64,000 nucleotides of DNA from Isurus oxyrinchus (taxonomy: Eukaryota): NCBI GenBank assembly GCA_026770705.1, contig JANJGN010000004.1, positions 43,958,001 through 44,022,000 of the forward strand, read 5' to 3'. The position numbers and the translations under genes are program-made. Below, in pieces: positions 25,516 to 39,702 of this stretch. The first letter of the stretch is position 1; each line of letters opens with the position of its first letter. Under the pieces are notes generated by a model, which was given only the letters and a program-made list of their open reading frames with translations, searched no databases and had not been told where the DNA came from.

Positions 25516-26041
25516 TGCAAGTGACCCTTGCTTTCTAACCCTTGACCCTTCACCCTCCCAACATCACTGTTCGCCTTCTCTTTGTGAGCTTTGAACCTCC
25601 CCCCATCACCTTGGATCCTGTCATTTCTGAAATGGACATGTCATCTCTCCTCACTGAGCCTACTCCCATTCCTGTTGAGATTCCACCTCTATTCCTAGAC
25701 CCTCCCCACATCATCTGTTAGATTCCGTGACCCGCCCTTTGAATACCCCTACTTCAGACTGGACCTGTCTCCCTACCAAATCTAACTCCCCCTATGACTG
25801 TTGACCAGATTTTATGAGGGGTTGGAGGGGGACGGGCATGTGTGGGCATATTGCTCACCTACCCCCGGGGAGAAAATTCAGTCTTGAGTCGACTGACTTA
25901 AAAAAGGCTGTCCCACATTTATAATACTTTGGGAGCAGGGTTAATGAGCTGAGAGTGGGACCACCATCCCTCAAGGACGGGAAGTCCTGCTCTTAAGAGC
26001 TACCGGCCAAACTGATTGACCTCAGTAGTGGCCACGGCTGG

Positions 26042-26280
26042 TGTAGTAAAGAGGGTTAACAGATGGGATATGCTAATGAATGACATAGGTGGTGATGTGC
26101 CACTGAGGCTAGTCAGTCATGTGATAGACTCTTGAGAGAGAGGTTGGAATCAAGCCTAGGTGCAATGTGCCTACTCTATAACTTGTTTACATGTAGTACC
26201 AATAAACAAGTGTTAAGCAGGTACCAGATTACGTCTACTGTCTGCCTAAGAACCAAGTTCCAGGCCTAGAGTCCAAGACA
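26042..26280 (+). mobile_element. Possible short solo LTR
   Basis: TGTAGT...CA with AATAAA. Shares an agtca...tgatagact motif with the LTR at 5222-5505. TSD not resolved. Confidence 0.4.
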
Positions 26281-28879
26281 GAAGGACCCAAGCTGTCCTG
26301 AGGAGAAGGAACATGGGTGCCAGACTGAAAACCAGAGTTTTTGGTCAGGGAGTGTCTCTAGTGAGGAGGGTGAGGAGGGTGGGAATGTTGAGTTCTGGAT
26401 GCTGGGAGCAGGCACAAAGGGGCTGGACCACCTTGAAGGGCGCTGCCACCAATGGACAGAAAGCACCTCACAAAGGAGGTACACCCACTTCTTTCCCACA
26501 TTTTAACTTGAAGTGGTGAAAAAACAGACTGGACTATTTGTTCCACCTTTCCCAGCTGCACATGTTATTGTGGTGGAGGCAGAAACAGGCCCTTAATTGG
26601 CCAGTTAAAGACCTCAATAAGCCTAAAAGTGGGTGGGCTCACTGTTGCCTTACCCCACCCACTGTATTACGGGGAACAGCTTGGGGTGGGCGGGAAGGCA
26701 GTGGGTTAGTCATCCATTCTATTTCAAGCACCAACCACCACCCCCCCACCAACCTGGTGAGAAGCTGTAAAATTTCCCCTGTGCACGTTCCCACTGCCAG
26801 CCAGCACCCTGAGTTGACCCACAGAATCCATATGCGGATAACACTGACCCTGCCCTTCAGGCCCCTCATTTTATTTATCCGCGTTCTCTGCCCCCAACCC
26901 CTCACCCTCGCACCGCCCCCAAGACGTCAGGCACTTCCACTGCACACTTTCATGCCTTGACCTCACCCTCTGCCTTCCCTTGGGAGACATCCCATTCTCC
27001 CATGCCATCGCCTAATACCCCCTCCACCTCCTGACCCTGACTTGCCTTTGCCAGTCTCGGCCCTCCATGCAGATTCCATTCTCCTGCTCCCCACGCTCAT
27101 GCCACAGAGTTCAATGACTACAACCGCTCACTGCAGACACAGCTGTACAAAGCTGACTGGTGCACACCACCTCTAAACGAATGTGAACTGGGTTCCCATG
27201 TGCCGTTGACTTAATCTTGAAGGTAGCACTTAATTTCAAAAAGTTTTAATGTAATGAGTACTCATGGCATGAAAATGTATTACAAGTAGGAACCTGTCAA
27301 AGGATGGTGAGAGGCTCGACCCGCCACTGCCACACTGCCAACTTGATTTTTCATTCTGAACCTGCCATCGTGATTTCTTTTACAAGCGTGTTTTTTAGGA
27401 CTGAATTTCATGGTGAAGGGGGCATATTGCTTCCCTCACCATTGCAAAAGTTGAACACCAGGCAACTAACTTAAAGATAGCCCGCCCCACAGCGACAGTG
27501 TGCTGGAGGGGCTAAACCAGCAGAGAGTGGGATTTCCACCCCCCCCAGGGGGAGAAAGTCCTGCTCTCAAGTGCTGCCGGCTAATATGATTGGCCAGTAG
27601 CTCTAGCAGTCGTGGCAGCACCAGAACTGAGTAGATAATGCTGCTAGGACTGCAGGTAGGCCCCGGGATGAAGGCAGCCATGGCATCAGGACCCAGGTAA
27701 TTAAAGGTTTTGAACTGGGAGGGATTAGAGAGCCTAGGGAGGGAGATGGAGAAGGTGGTGGGGTGGGTTTTGGAGGCCATACATGGAGGAACAAAGGGGT
27801 GGTAACATCTTTGGTGGGGGGGGGGGGGGCTGCTGCTCCCAATGTGCACAAGGGAGCCCCATATGAAGTGCCCCCCCTTACTTCCCACTTTTTCCACAAG
27901 GTTAAAAAGAAACAACCTTCTCAACCCAGGGTCTGCCCATGCCAACTGTATTATGGCATGAGCAGAGTGATAATCATGTCAATTGTCTTGGTAACAAGCT
28001 CAATTTCCCATTCATTTTTTTTTAAACGGCAGGCGGGCTGCCTATTTTGGTGCCTATCCAACCACTGTTTTATGAGGGTCGGGAGTGAGCAGGAAGGCAA
28101 TGGGCTACCCACCCGTCATAGTTTCCATGCCCCGCCACCAAATACACACCCAGTGGTGGGGTGACTGGGGAGTGGGGGAGGGAGCTAAAATCCAGCCCTT
28201 AATTATTCCAGCCAACCGTTACTGAAACCTTAAGCGAGTTATTGTAATAAAGGCCCCAATTTTAACTTTCCCCACCCCACCTGGTGGATACTGGGAGGGA
28301 TGGGTGGGGGTTGGAATTTAAAATAAGGACAGAGACTCACCTGCTGTAATCCACTGCCATACTGCTGTGTCCCAATCTTTACTTGCTTTTGTAAGCAGTC
28401 AAGCAGGATACTGCAGGGCAGGGTTATTGGGACCTGACTACAGTCTGAGGACTGAGCAATGGTAGCTTCCTCAGCAGGCCCAACCTGCCAGGAGCTGGAT
28501 TGTGAGCCACAAGAGGTCCAGTCAGGTGATTTTTACATGTTGTTTTTAATATTTCCTTCTGGTTCAGGAGAGGCAGGAATGCTGCTTCAGGCAGCACTAG
28601 GCCCCATATGGGCCTCCTTTGCCCTGGATTCCCTCCCCGTCACTGATCACAATTAGCTTCACCATAAGCCACCTACCCTGTCACCACTCCCGTTCCCAAA
28701 GATTCCCCGCTGCAGCCTCCTGCTTCCTGAATTCCTGCTGCCACTCACAGACCAACTAGTGGACCCAGCCACATTTCGGTGGGAATCCAAGGGAATTTAT
28801 TAAAGTATACCAATTAAATTTGGTTCCATTTGGACATCTCAAATGTTTCCCAGTGCATTGCTCACTTCAGGGTCGCACT

Positions 28880-29130
28880 TACATAGAAACATAGGAGCAG
28901 GAGTAGGCCATTCAGCCCATTGAGCCCGCTCTGCCATTCAGTACGATCATGGCTGATCATGCATTTCAATGCCTTTTTCCCACACTATCCCCATATCCCT
29001 TTATTAGTATTTAGAAAAATGTCAATCTCTGCTTTAAACATACCCAATGACTGAGCTTTCACAGCCCTCTGGGGTAGAGGATTCCAAAGAATCACAAACT
29101 CTGAGTAAAAAGATTTACCCTCATCTTAGT
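28880..29130 (-). mobile_element. CR1 3' fragment
   Basis: catagaaacataggagcaggagtaggccattcagccc is a CR1 tail in reverse orientation. Confidence 0.7.
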
Positions 29131-29289
29131 CCTAAGTGGTTTCATAATGCAGCCTCACCCTTCCCTTTAAAATCAGGTCCAATGGTTCTGTTTTCTGGGT
29201 TTGGTGTTGATGTTCATTTCATAGGTAACTGAGGGGAAGACTTATGAGGCTTGACTGATGGAAAGCAATTGGATGATGGCAGTCATAAG

Positions 29290-30960
29290 GATTGTTGATA
29301 CTGATGGTTTATTTGGGATTGGAGAGATGGTTCTGTCCAAGTGGTCTTAGATCACTTTCCCTCAGAGATCATTGGCAGCTAGGGCTCTAATGGTTGGTGC
29401 TGTTCTTGTTTTTCCTTGTCTTCATGTGTTCTTCCTCCTCCTTATCTTCCATTTCTTGTTGCCCAGGCCAGCTTGTATTTCAGTTTAGTGAAGAGCTGTA
29501 CTGCAGAGCTCCTTCTAAACAGTCCAAGCAAGAGAAAAGAGAAATGGACTGCTGAATGACATATCTGGTGGTGGTACAACTCCCAATGTAGGGAAGCTCT
29601 CCAACTGGGCACAGGCTCCTAACAAGAGCCCTAAGACATGTTTGGGTTAGATATCCTTTGTCACCCAAGCAGTCAGCTTGTGACTTGAGGCCCATTTGGA
29701 ATAATGGCAGAATGGAGGACTGGTGCAGGTTACACGGGTCATGACAGCTGCCAGGAAACTGTATACAGACCTGCATGATGCGCTTTCTGCCTGTGGTTGC
29801 AAACAAGTTGCACATCCGAGGATTGACAGCCCTTTATTTGAGAAAAGTGCTAGGTTGGTAATGGGGTGCATTCAGGGAAAAATGAGTGCAGTCTTTGGGA
29901 CTTTGCATTCACAGGAATCCTGCAATGCCGATGAAGCCTAGAATTGTCTCATACTATTTCACCATGGGGCATGTGGTGAATCTGTATCTCCTGATGTAGG
30001 AAGCTCAGTCACCTACCTACTACAGTGGTGAACAGCAAATTGTGATATGTCACTGATGTCACCAGTTAGAATGACCCTGTAGAGTTAATGACCACAGTGA
30101 CCTTGACAACTACAGGCAGTGTGTCCATGCCCCAGGACAGGGCTCCAGTTGTGAATGCAGGAGGTGATGTAACTTAGCCTCCTCAGTGAAGTACAGGTGC
30201 CACCTGCATTGCTCCTAGGTGAATGCTGAGGAAGAAGAAGTGTTCTGCTGTGGGAATGGTCTCTTGTGCCCTCCCTCTTCCTTTTCTCCCAGCTGCTCCT
30301 ATTTCCTTTTCTTTGCTGCTCCTCCAATTCTCCCGCACCAAAGGTAAAGTGCAGCCCCAAGAACATTCAAGAAGCTTGAAGCCATCCAGGACAAAGCAGC
30401 CCACTTGATTGGCACCACATCCACAAACATTCATTCTCTCCATCACTGACACACAGGGTAGCATTGTGCACCATCTAAAAGATGCAGGAACTCACCAAGG
30501 TTCCTTAGATAGCATCTTCCAAACCCTTGACTGCTACCATCTGGAAGGACAAGGGCAGCAGACACATGGGAACATCCCTACCTCGAAGCTCCCCTCCAAG
30601 TCACTCACCATCCTGACTTGGAAAAATATCGCTGTCCTTTCACTGTCTCTGGGTCAAAATCCTGGAACTCACTCCCCAACAGCACTGTGGGTATACATTC
30701 ACCATAGGGACTCCAGCGGTTCAAAAAGGCAGCTCACCACCACCTTTTCAAAGGATAGACAATAAATGTTGGCCTAGCCAGCGATGCCCACATCCCATGA
30801 TGAATAAAAAAAAGACACTCTTTTCAAAGAAAACAAAAGCACTCCCACACCAGCACAAAGTTATTAGTAGAAATCAGCACTCACTGGTGTGGGAGTATTA
30901 TAGAAAATTGTCAAAAATGACCCAAGCGTTAGCTAGCAGCCTCAGAGAACAAGCAGGAAT
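29290..30960 (-). mobile_element. Decayed Harbinger transposase, interrupted by a CR1 3' fragment (30349-30812, +)
   Basis: FPGSCHDP, LGDKGY, CLDCLEGALQYS (DDE_Tnp_4-type motifs). The CR1 fragment ends cccacatcccatgatgaataaaaaaa. Confidence 0.8.
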
Positions 30961-31219
30961 TAACCTCTTTGAAGCCCTCTAACTAGCACATTAACTAGCC
31001 AGTTTCTTCCTGACTATTAGCACCTGAGTTGCTGGGTGAATTTATCATAAGGCGAGTGCATGTGGCAGACCAATTCCACAAAAGAAATGGATCCTTATTT
31101 AAATATGTTAATGAACTTCTTGAACAATTCTGGCACCTACTGAGCAGCATCCAATAGGGCAGGCAGCTTATCTCTGGGACAGGCATGCACACCAGCTGCC
31201 ATATACAGGGGTACACACA

Positions 31220-31906
31220 GGTTGAGTGAGTGGGCAAAAACATGGCAGATAGAACATTGTGTGGAGAAATTTGAAGATATCCACTTTAGAAGAAACAAGA
31301 GAAAAACAAAATATTTTTAAATGGTGAGAGACTGGGAAATGTTGGTATTCAGACACCTGGGTGTCCTTGTACATAAATCACAGAAAGTTAAAATGCAATT
31401 AGGAAGGCAAATGTTAGCTTTGTTACAAAATAATTGGACTGCAAGAGTGATGACATTTTATTGCAATTGTATAGGTCCTTGGTGAAACCACATCTGGAGT
31501 ACTATGTACAGTTTTGTCTGTTTAGGATATACCAGCCTTGACAGGAGTACAATGAAGGTTCACTAGACTGATTCTTGGGATGAGGGGATTGTTCCTAAGA
31601 AGAGAGATGGATAGACTGGGATTATATTTCCTGGAACTTAGAAGAATGAGAAGTGGTCACATTGAAAAGTACAAAATTTTTAAAGGGTTTCATAAGGTAA
31701 ATGCTGGAAGATTGTTTTGCTTGGCTGGGGAGTCTAGGACTAGGGTCACAGTCTCAGAATAAGAGGTCAGCGATTTAGGACTGATATGAGGTTAAATTTC
31801 TTCACTCAAAAGGTTGCAAATCTTTGCAGGTAGAAGGGCAGCCATGATCCTATTGCATGGCGGAACAGGCCGAAAGGGCCGAATATCTCTTGCTCCTGTA
31901 TTTTAT
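31220..31906 (+). mobile_element. CR1 LINE 3' fragment with an internal deletion
   Basis: LYRSLVKPHLEY, LGLYFLELRRMRSGHI, ESRTR. The tail is interrupted by the MITE at 31907. Confidence 0.8.
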
Positions 31907-32618
31907 GGGCAGTATTTTCCCCACCATCGGTGGGGGGTGATGTTCAGGAACGGGTGTGTGCAGGCTTGCCTCCGATCGGGGCCCCCAATCGGGGGCACAC
32001 CGCCATTTTACGTGGGTGGGCCAATTAAGGCCCTCCCAGCGTGATATCTGCCAGGAAGCGCTATGCACTCCCTGTGCGGGCGGAGGGGATTCCCTCAGCC
32101 AAGAGTGCGCTCTTTTGCGCATGTGCACGAAGAAGCACAATGATCTCCCTGAGGCTAAGTGCTGCCTTAGGGAGATCAGCAACAAATTCAAAAATGTTAA
32201 AAATATAAAAATAAAATTGCCTGGACATGTACTCTCATGTGACACTGTCACATGAGTTGGGACATGTCCATCACTTTTAGTTAAACTTTTATTAAATTTT
32301 TAAAAACCTACATAAAACCTCATCCCACCCGTGGATGAAGTTTTATGCTTTTTCTGAAGCCCTCCAGGGCTCCCAGCCTGCCCGCCAACCCTAAGGTTGG
32401 TCGGGCAGGTTCTTTAACTACTGCAATTACTTTTTCAATGGCCTCAATAGGCCGTTGACAGGTTGGCGGGCACACAGCTGATTCAGTTGCATCTCCGCCG
32501 ACCTGATAATGGAAATGACACGAGGTGACGTCAGGAGTTCCGCCTGACTTCATCCCATGTCATTTACATGACGGCAAGCGGGCCCTGCCCCCTGCACGCT
32601 GACCTGGAAATCCTGCCC
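31907..32618 (+). mobile_element. Harbinger-type MITE (copy 2)
   Basis: TIRs gggcagtatttt / aaatcctgccc. 3-bp TSD TAT/TAT. Inserted in the CR1 tail. Confidence 0.85.
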
Positions 32619-32629
32619 TATGTTCTTAC

Positions 32630-32870
32630 TTGACTCCCTCAATGTACAGCTGATGTGTGGCCATACTCAGTGCACCATGTGGGCCCAAGCCCAGTATCCT
32701 GACAACAGTCATGATGCCTTTATTCAGTGGCAATTTGTGCTAGCTGTATTTGAATCATAATGAGAAACAAGTGCTTCTTGGGCAACAAGGGCTATCCGCT
32801 GCTTAAATGGCTCATGAGTCCAGTGTACAATCCACACGGACATCAAGAACACATGTCCTAATGGAATCCT
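32630..32870 (+). mobile_element. Harbinger transposase fragment
   Basis: SLNVQLMC...YPDNSHDAFI...LLGNKGYPLLKWLMSPV. Confidence 0.75.
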
Positions 32871-33786
32871 TATGGCTGAAAAATATGTGTGGTGCAAATT
32901 AATTCTTAGGGCATTGTTTTTAATTTATAAGCAAGGCTCCACATTAATCTTAGGTACTGAGGTGCTATGTGCTGGCACCTGGAGCTTTTAAGCTACTTGC
33001 CTGATAGACAAACATACTTTTGTCCCGGCTCCAGCAAGATATTAAATTATTAAAGTTAATTTTGTAATGGATTCCTCGACTTTTATCTCCAGTTTTATCT
33101 GCAGATAAAAGTAGAGAAGACAGACTCAGTGAGAGGGCAGCCTAAGAGAGAGAGAGGAAGATACTCCCGGCTCAGTTAGAGTCAGCTGTCCTTTTCCACA
33201 TTCGGAAAACCAATGAGGTATTCCCAGAATGTTTTATAGCCTTTTGGCATAAGGAAAAGTCAAACTCATTCAACATAAAACAAACCATTTACAAGAAAGT
33301 CTCCCAGTTTGTTTAATCCGGATGATTAATTATGTTTGTTCAGGATCATTAATTGCACTGACTCCTGATGACATTTTCTGGAGAAACAAAGCACCCAAAA
33401 TAAATAAATTGAATGTTTTTATTTTAGCTCATTCTTGGCCAAAGTGGCTAAAACCAGATGTGAATTCCTCCTCAGTCTATATACATGATATCATTACACA
33501 TTCGTGGTTGCCTAATCAAACTATAAATTACAGGATTATTGTGAGTTTTTTTTGTATATCAGGTAGCATAATCCTGCAGCCTGAATTAACTGTAATGAAG
33601 ACAGATGCCTTACAAAATAAGCCATTTTGGAGTTGCTGAAAACAGAGAAGGCCTGGAGAATTTGTCCTTGTGGTGGGGTGATTGGGGTGGAAACAAAAAG
33701 GAAAGTGTGTGTTTTAAATAGTTACCATAATTGTGCAATAACTAATAAGTTTCTTAAGGGTCTTTATGTTTTTAAAAAAGTCACTG

Positions 33787-34625
33787 GGTGGAATAGTCCC
33801 AGATTTACACGAATTATGGTAGCGAGTAGGTAAAAGGGCATTTTACCAGCAGGCCATAACGGTGGCTTTTCGTGCCATATCATCACATTTCTGGCATGTC
33901 CCATATCATTAATAATGCATTCCCAGGAAACACACTGGATCACTGACAGGGTGGCCTCTGATTCGCCTGCCCTGCCATCACCTCAGGCCTTCAGTAATCC
34001 GGGCACCATATTTAAAAGGTGTCCCTGCACAGAGCTAGCTCTCTTGAAGGCATTGGAAGCTGCTGCAAAGTCATGGCTGCCATAGGGAGGAAACATACTG
34101 CCCCCAAATTTAGCAATGCCTCCCCCAGGCGCTTACTGAACACAGTGGAGGCCCACTGTGAAGTCCGCTACCTCTCTCTGGGTGAAGACCAGCAAGCAAG
34201 GTCACCAATCCAGCCTGGGGGTGGTGGCAGCGGTGGTCAACGCCAATGGCCTGCAAAAGGTGACAGCCACCCAGTGCCAAAAGAGGATGAATGATCCCTT
34301 CCATTCAGCTAGGGTAAGTTACCTTCTCATCACTCTCAACTCACACACTCACAAACCCATCACACAGCCACAGGACCCACACTCTCTGCAAGTTCAAGGG
34401 ACATCACCATTCAATCTCTTATACACACCTTCACCTGCCCTGCGGATCATGGCCTCATCCCGTCCTTGGCACCACTCACCACCCACACATGCTAGACATC
34501 CTTACCATCTTGCCTCACAGGCATCCTGCATACACTTTCTCCATCTGTACTCATGCAGGGCAAGCTGGCACACAACAAACAGAAGAGATCGCGGACTGAT
34601 GGAGGCCTGACTGATCCAAACATTA
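33787..34625 (+). mobile_element. Harbinger family B left end with Myb/SANT-like exons
   Basis: Terminus gggtggaatagtcccagattt shared with 39703 and 56301. MAAIGRKHTAPKFSNAS...VNANGLQKVTATQCQKRMND...|gtaagt. Second exon cag|GKLAHNKQ. Confidence 0.75.
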
Positions 34626-37553
34626 AAAAAGACATTGCAAGGGGCAGTGAACGCCTCCACCCGTGACTGCTCCATGGCCACTTTTCACAAGCGGAATCTA
34701 AAACTTGCCCAGTCGGCCAATTGCTCTGTTGCCCCTAAACTGCACATTAATTTGCACTCTATGCCTGAGGGTGAAAGGTTCTGGAGCATTTGGTGGCATT
34801 TTCATTCTTTAGTGTTGCTTGAGTGGGCAGGAAATCTTCAGAGTCCTGACTCCCAGCATATCAATGGAGCTGCAGCTGAACGGTCTCAGCTGCAGAAGAA
34901 TGCTCACTTTTGACAAATTTTTCCAAGTGCAGGGCCCTCACACCCCCTCCCCCCACCAACCCCTTGAGTATTTCCTTCGGTCTGTCTGTGCTGCCTTTCC
35001 CCCAGCCTCCCCCGCCCACACCCCCTCACCCCCGCCCCCACCCCCATCTAACCTGCATTGGAACCCTTGCCCCGGCACTGCACTGAATGCCAGCTGGGAA
35101 AAAGGGACTTGCCTGTGCCCCCCCGCGAATGCACAGCGCCTCATCCTTGATGTCCTACGGGCAATGCATAAGCTAATTATTATTTGGTAATAAATTCTAT
35201 CTAAAAATTAAGTCCATTGTTTAGATCTAATTGACTGAATTATAATGTGGGCTTCAATGTTGGGACGAAATGGGGGTCCTGAGGCTGCACTTTCCAGCAG
35301 CAGCACTAGCTTAGCAATCTGCCTGGAGGTGGCCTCCTCATTGCCTGTCTCCAGGATCACTGTCCAAGGACCCCAGGTGGTATGTAGATGCTGCCAGTCC
35401 AATCAGAGGGCAGGCGGCTCTGAAACCTTGGCAGCCCCACCAGGAGAGTTTAAGTTATCGAGAGCACATCTCTGTTTTGAGGCGCCCTCAGATATGGAAC
35501 CAAAAATTTAAAATAGGAGGGGTCAAGAGGGCATGGGGCTGCCTTTCCTGCCCCCATATCTCCTCACTGGGGCATGGAGCCTCCAGCTCCGATGGCCCCC
35601 TCAGACAGCTGAAGGGATGCTACCTCCATGAAGCTGGCAGCCTCCACACATGGCAGGGGCCACTCTGCTGCCAACAAATGCCAGTGCCCCGGGAAAATTG
35701 CTTTCAGTCAGACCCTTAGTTATTCTATGTTCTTCTCCACACAGATGTTGTCTGAACTGCTGAGTATTTCTGAATTTTCTGTTTTATTTCAAATTTCCAG
35801 CTTTTGTAGTATTTAGATTTTGGTCTTAAATATTTATAGTGGCTGCCTGCCTCTCTTCAGGGGCCAGCCAATCCGCCTACAGTTCCACCACTGGGAAACT
35901 TCCCAGCAGAGGAACTGCATCAGGGAGTCATCTTGATTTAGTTCCTTGGTATTTTCCTGGCTCCCTGCCTCCCAGTCCACCAACCTGGGACTGGAAAAAT
36001 CCTGCCTAATGTTTCTGGTAATTTTGGTGCCTGGCATAGGGAATGTTCCCGAACTACCACTAAATAATGCCAATATTCCAATGATGTTTCTGGGTCACCT
36101 ATCTCAATTTAATGGGATAACTGGAGAGCTGGGATGGTCTGTGATTTTGGTAAACTTGCTCTTTATCAATTAGCTTGTTACAATGTTACATGAATTATTG
36201 AAGGAGCCTTTCATCTAGGCAATGGTTTGAAGGATGATACCATTTGTATGCAGACTGTATAAAAGTGATGGATCATCTTTTGTAAAATCAGAGAGCACAG
36301 AAGGACAATAATCGGCCCACCACATCTGTGCTGGCTTAATGCAGAAAAATACTTGAGTTACAGGGAGTCATGGATTTTTTAATAACATGGGAGGGGAGGC
36401 TTTCAAAGCACAAAGTGTTGAGAATCCCTGCCATGGAGAATGGTTAGATTCCAATCGAAAAGAGAAACAGTGACTGAATCATTAAGAACTTTATCAACCT
36501 TTCCTAATGCCTCAGTGGATATCTGCATCATCTGATGTGGTACTAAGCCATACAGATTGTGACGTGCTAGCTAATGATGTATATATATCAACATCAGGAA
36601 ACTACATCCAGCATTGAGATTGGCTTGCGTGCCAATTGGTTAGACATCCTGTCAACATTCACAGTCTAGGCTCACACAGGAAGAAAAGCCTCTTGGACAA
36701 GCAAGTGGAAAGGTGCTAGGCCCTAATGAACCAAATCCCAGCAAGTGTTCATGCTTTACAGGATGGAAATTTACAAAACATACATATTATATTGAAAATC
36801 CTTTTATTTTGACATAATTTAAAAATGATTAAGTTCCTTTCTGTTTTTTTTCTGAACAATAAAAAATACCACATAGGAATACATAAACATAACTGTCTTA
36901 AACTCACTTCGACAGATCTGCTCTGGCTGCTGGGTGACAGGGCAGCTTCTGCTCTGTCCTGACTTGGATCTCCTCAGAACCTTCTGGACAGTGGCTGGAA
37001 TTTTCGAGCCCTGTTGACGTCAGACATCATGGTGGGCAACGGGGAGACAATATGGCGAGAAGGCCAAAATTTGGTTTTACACTCTCGTGAAACCAATTTG
37101 CGATTATCCACTCCACCTGTAAATGGTGGGAAGATTACCTGATCTGCCGCATTTATTTAACCACATTTCTCACTTCTAAGGTTCAAATTAATAAAATTCA
37201 TAAGTTTTACTTACAAATCTAGGTTAGAAGCAAAAGGTTGTGTTAACATATTTGACAGAATTATTATTAGTTGTATTTATATACAAAACCATGGTAAGCA
37301 AACAACAAATGTCTTTAATAAATTCACTCGCCTTTGTGATGTTATTAAGATAGACACATCATGTATATTAATAACCTGTAACTTTAAAATGGTCACTAAC
37401 TACCATATAACTATCAAATCTTTCCTCATTCAATATATTTAAATCTCCATACTTTGCAGTAGTCTCATGCAGTATATTTGTGGCCACATTGCTCTCTCTG
37501 TTGGGGAGGTGCAAATAAAGTTAGTTCAATAATGGTTGGCTTCAGTTGACCAT

Positions 37554-38247
37554 GGCCAGGATGTTGACAAGTCAGACGGGCTCGGCAGGGGTGAGCGGGA
37601 GTGGTCGGGGAGCCGACCACTGCCCACAATCTGGCCACAATTGTGATTTCACATTGGCGGGCCAATTAAGGCCTACCCAGCATGAAACACGTGCTGCAGC
37701 ACTTGGCGCTGCCTGAGTGGGGTGGGGTGAGGAGGGTGAGTGGGGAATTTTGTGCATGTGCGCAGGAAAAGCTCTCTGAGGCACAGATGTGCCTCAGGGA
37801 GATGAAGATTTTTGAAGATTAAAAATAAAGAATATTAAAATGTTAAAAAAAAATGTCCCCTTATGTGACTTTATAATATGAGCAGGGACATGTTGTGAAT
37901 GAAATTTAAACATTTTCATTTAATTTTTATTTGCTGTTGGAAGCCTCATCCCGCCCGTGGATGAGGTTTCCTAAAAAATCCAAAGGCTGCGTGGCCTTTC
38001 CGTCTGCCCATCAACTGTAAGGATGGATGGGCAGTGAAAAATTGAACTTAATGATAACTTCAATGGCCTTAAGAGGCCTTTTAATTGTCGGCAGGCGCAC
38101 TGCCGAGTCCTGCACCCGCCCGCCGACCAAAATACTGAGCGAGTGCACGATGACGTTGGGGCGCTCGCCTGACATCATCGCGCGTCATTTTACGGTTGTT
38201 CAGGTCGGGCGCATGCCCCCCACCCCGACGAGCAAAAAGTTCTGGCC
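37554..38247 (+). mobile_element. Harbinger-type MITE (copy 3)
   Basis: TIRs ggccaggatgtt / aagttctggcc. 3-bp TSD CAT/CAT. Confidence 0.85.
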
Positions 38248-39702
38248 CATGTGTTAGTCTTACTCAGTGCAATACACAGCAGAAAGATGACAACAAATCT
38301 GGGATGGAGTTTTATTTTACATTTCATTTGAGAAATTAAGGACTGAAGAACATTGTGCCATATTTTTGAAATATTCTTAAAATTGATTTTGAGGAAGTTT
38401 GAATGACTTGAAAGGTTGCTCCTGGTGCACGTTTTGTTCTGGTACAGTTCAGTAAGTCAGCATGGTACATAATTTAAAAAAGCGGCATTGAAGGCATATT
38501 TGGGGACAATGGGGGAATTCAACCCTAACAAAGAGGACTGGTGTAATAATGAATGAAGGTTTCACATTTGGCTGAAGGTGAATAAACCAGGAGATGAAGA
38601 TAAAGTAAATATTTTCCTTACCATGATAGGGTCAGATGCTTTTGGTATACTTTATAACCAGAGTTGCCTGTATGACCCCAGTACTTTGAAATATGTTGAA
38701 ATTAATGAAATTCTAGACTTAGGTTATGGCACGACTAAGAATGAGGTTGCACTGAGAGTTGCATCCTGTGAAAGGAAGCAGTTGTCAAGTGAAATTGTTG
38801 CAGTCTACATTCTCGAATTAAAGAAATTCTCTCATCACCGTGCGTATGGCATGAACTTAGAAACTGACCTGAGAGAAATGTTCGTTGAAGGCCTAAAGAA
38901 CAGTAAAATCCAGGCCCAGTTTTTTGAGCAAAGGCAGTCAGCTAATGTGGAAGGAGGCCTGAGATGATACCACGGCCATGGAAATGGCAGAAAGAAATAG
39001 TTGCAAGTTGTAAGGGAGTTCTTTTCCTGAGCTGGCAGAGGAAGTCCACCAAATTTCAACGAGATCCAGGCCACCACAGCCAAATTCACAGCCTTAGAGT
39101 CAGAAATTTCCATTGCCATGTTAGCCACCAACCATTTAAATCCCCTCAGTTCCAGTCAAAATGCTATGCCTGTGGGGAAGTTGGTCAATATCAGATGACA
39201 TGCATGAGTAAAGCAAACAGTAATGCTCCAGGTCGTGATAAAGTACCAGGTTGCAGCCATGCACCAGGTCAAGGCTGTGGTAGATCTAAAGCTGGTTCAG
39301 GAGCCTGGAACTCCTCAAACTTCTGTGTGTTAGATGAGGAAACAGAAGCTGATATCAAACAGGAAGGTCAAGAGATGTACTCAGTTAAATATAAAAAAAG
39401 AAACTGCACATGGAAAATGAGAGTAATCGGGCTGAAGATATAATTCCAGCACCCACAGCGGAAATGAAAGTAGACATTTACAACTTATTTTCATTGTTGA
39501 TACAATTGCAGCCATGTCTGTTATCTCAGAAGGACAGTGCAAGAAATCCGTAAGTCACATTCCCTTATGCAAAGCTGGTGTGAAATTGACTAGTTCTTCC
39601 AATGACAGTATTCTAGTATTCATCAGTAAAGTGATGGAAGGGGTCATCAACAATGCTATCAAGCAACACTTGTTCAGCAATGACCTGCTCACTGACACTC
39701 TG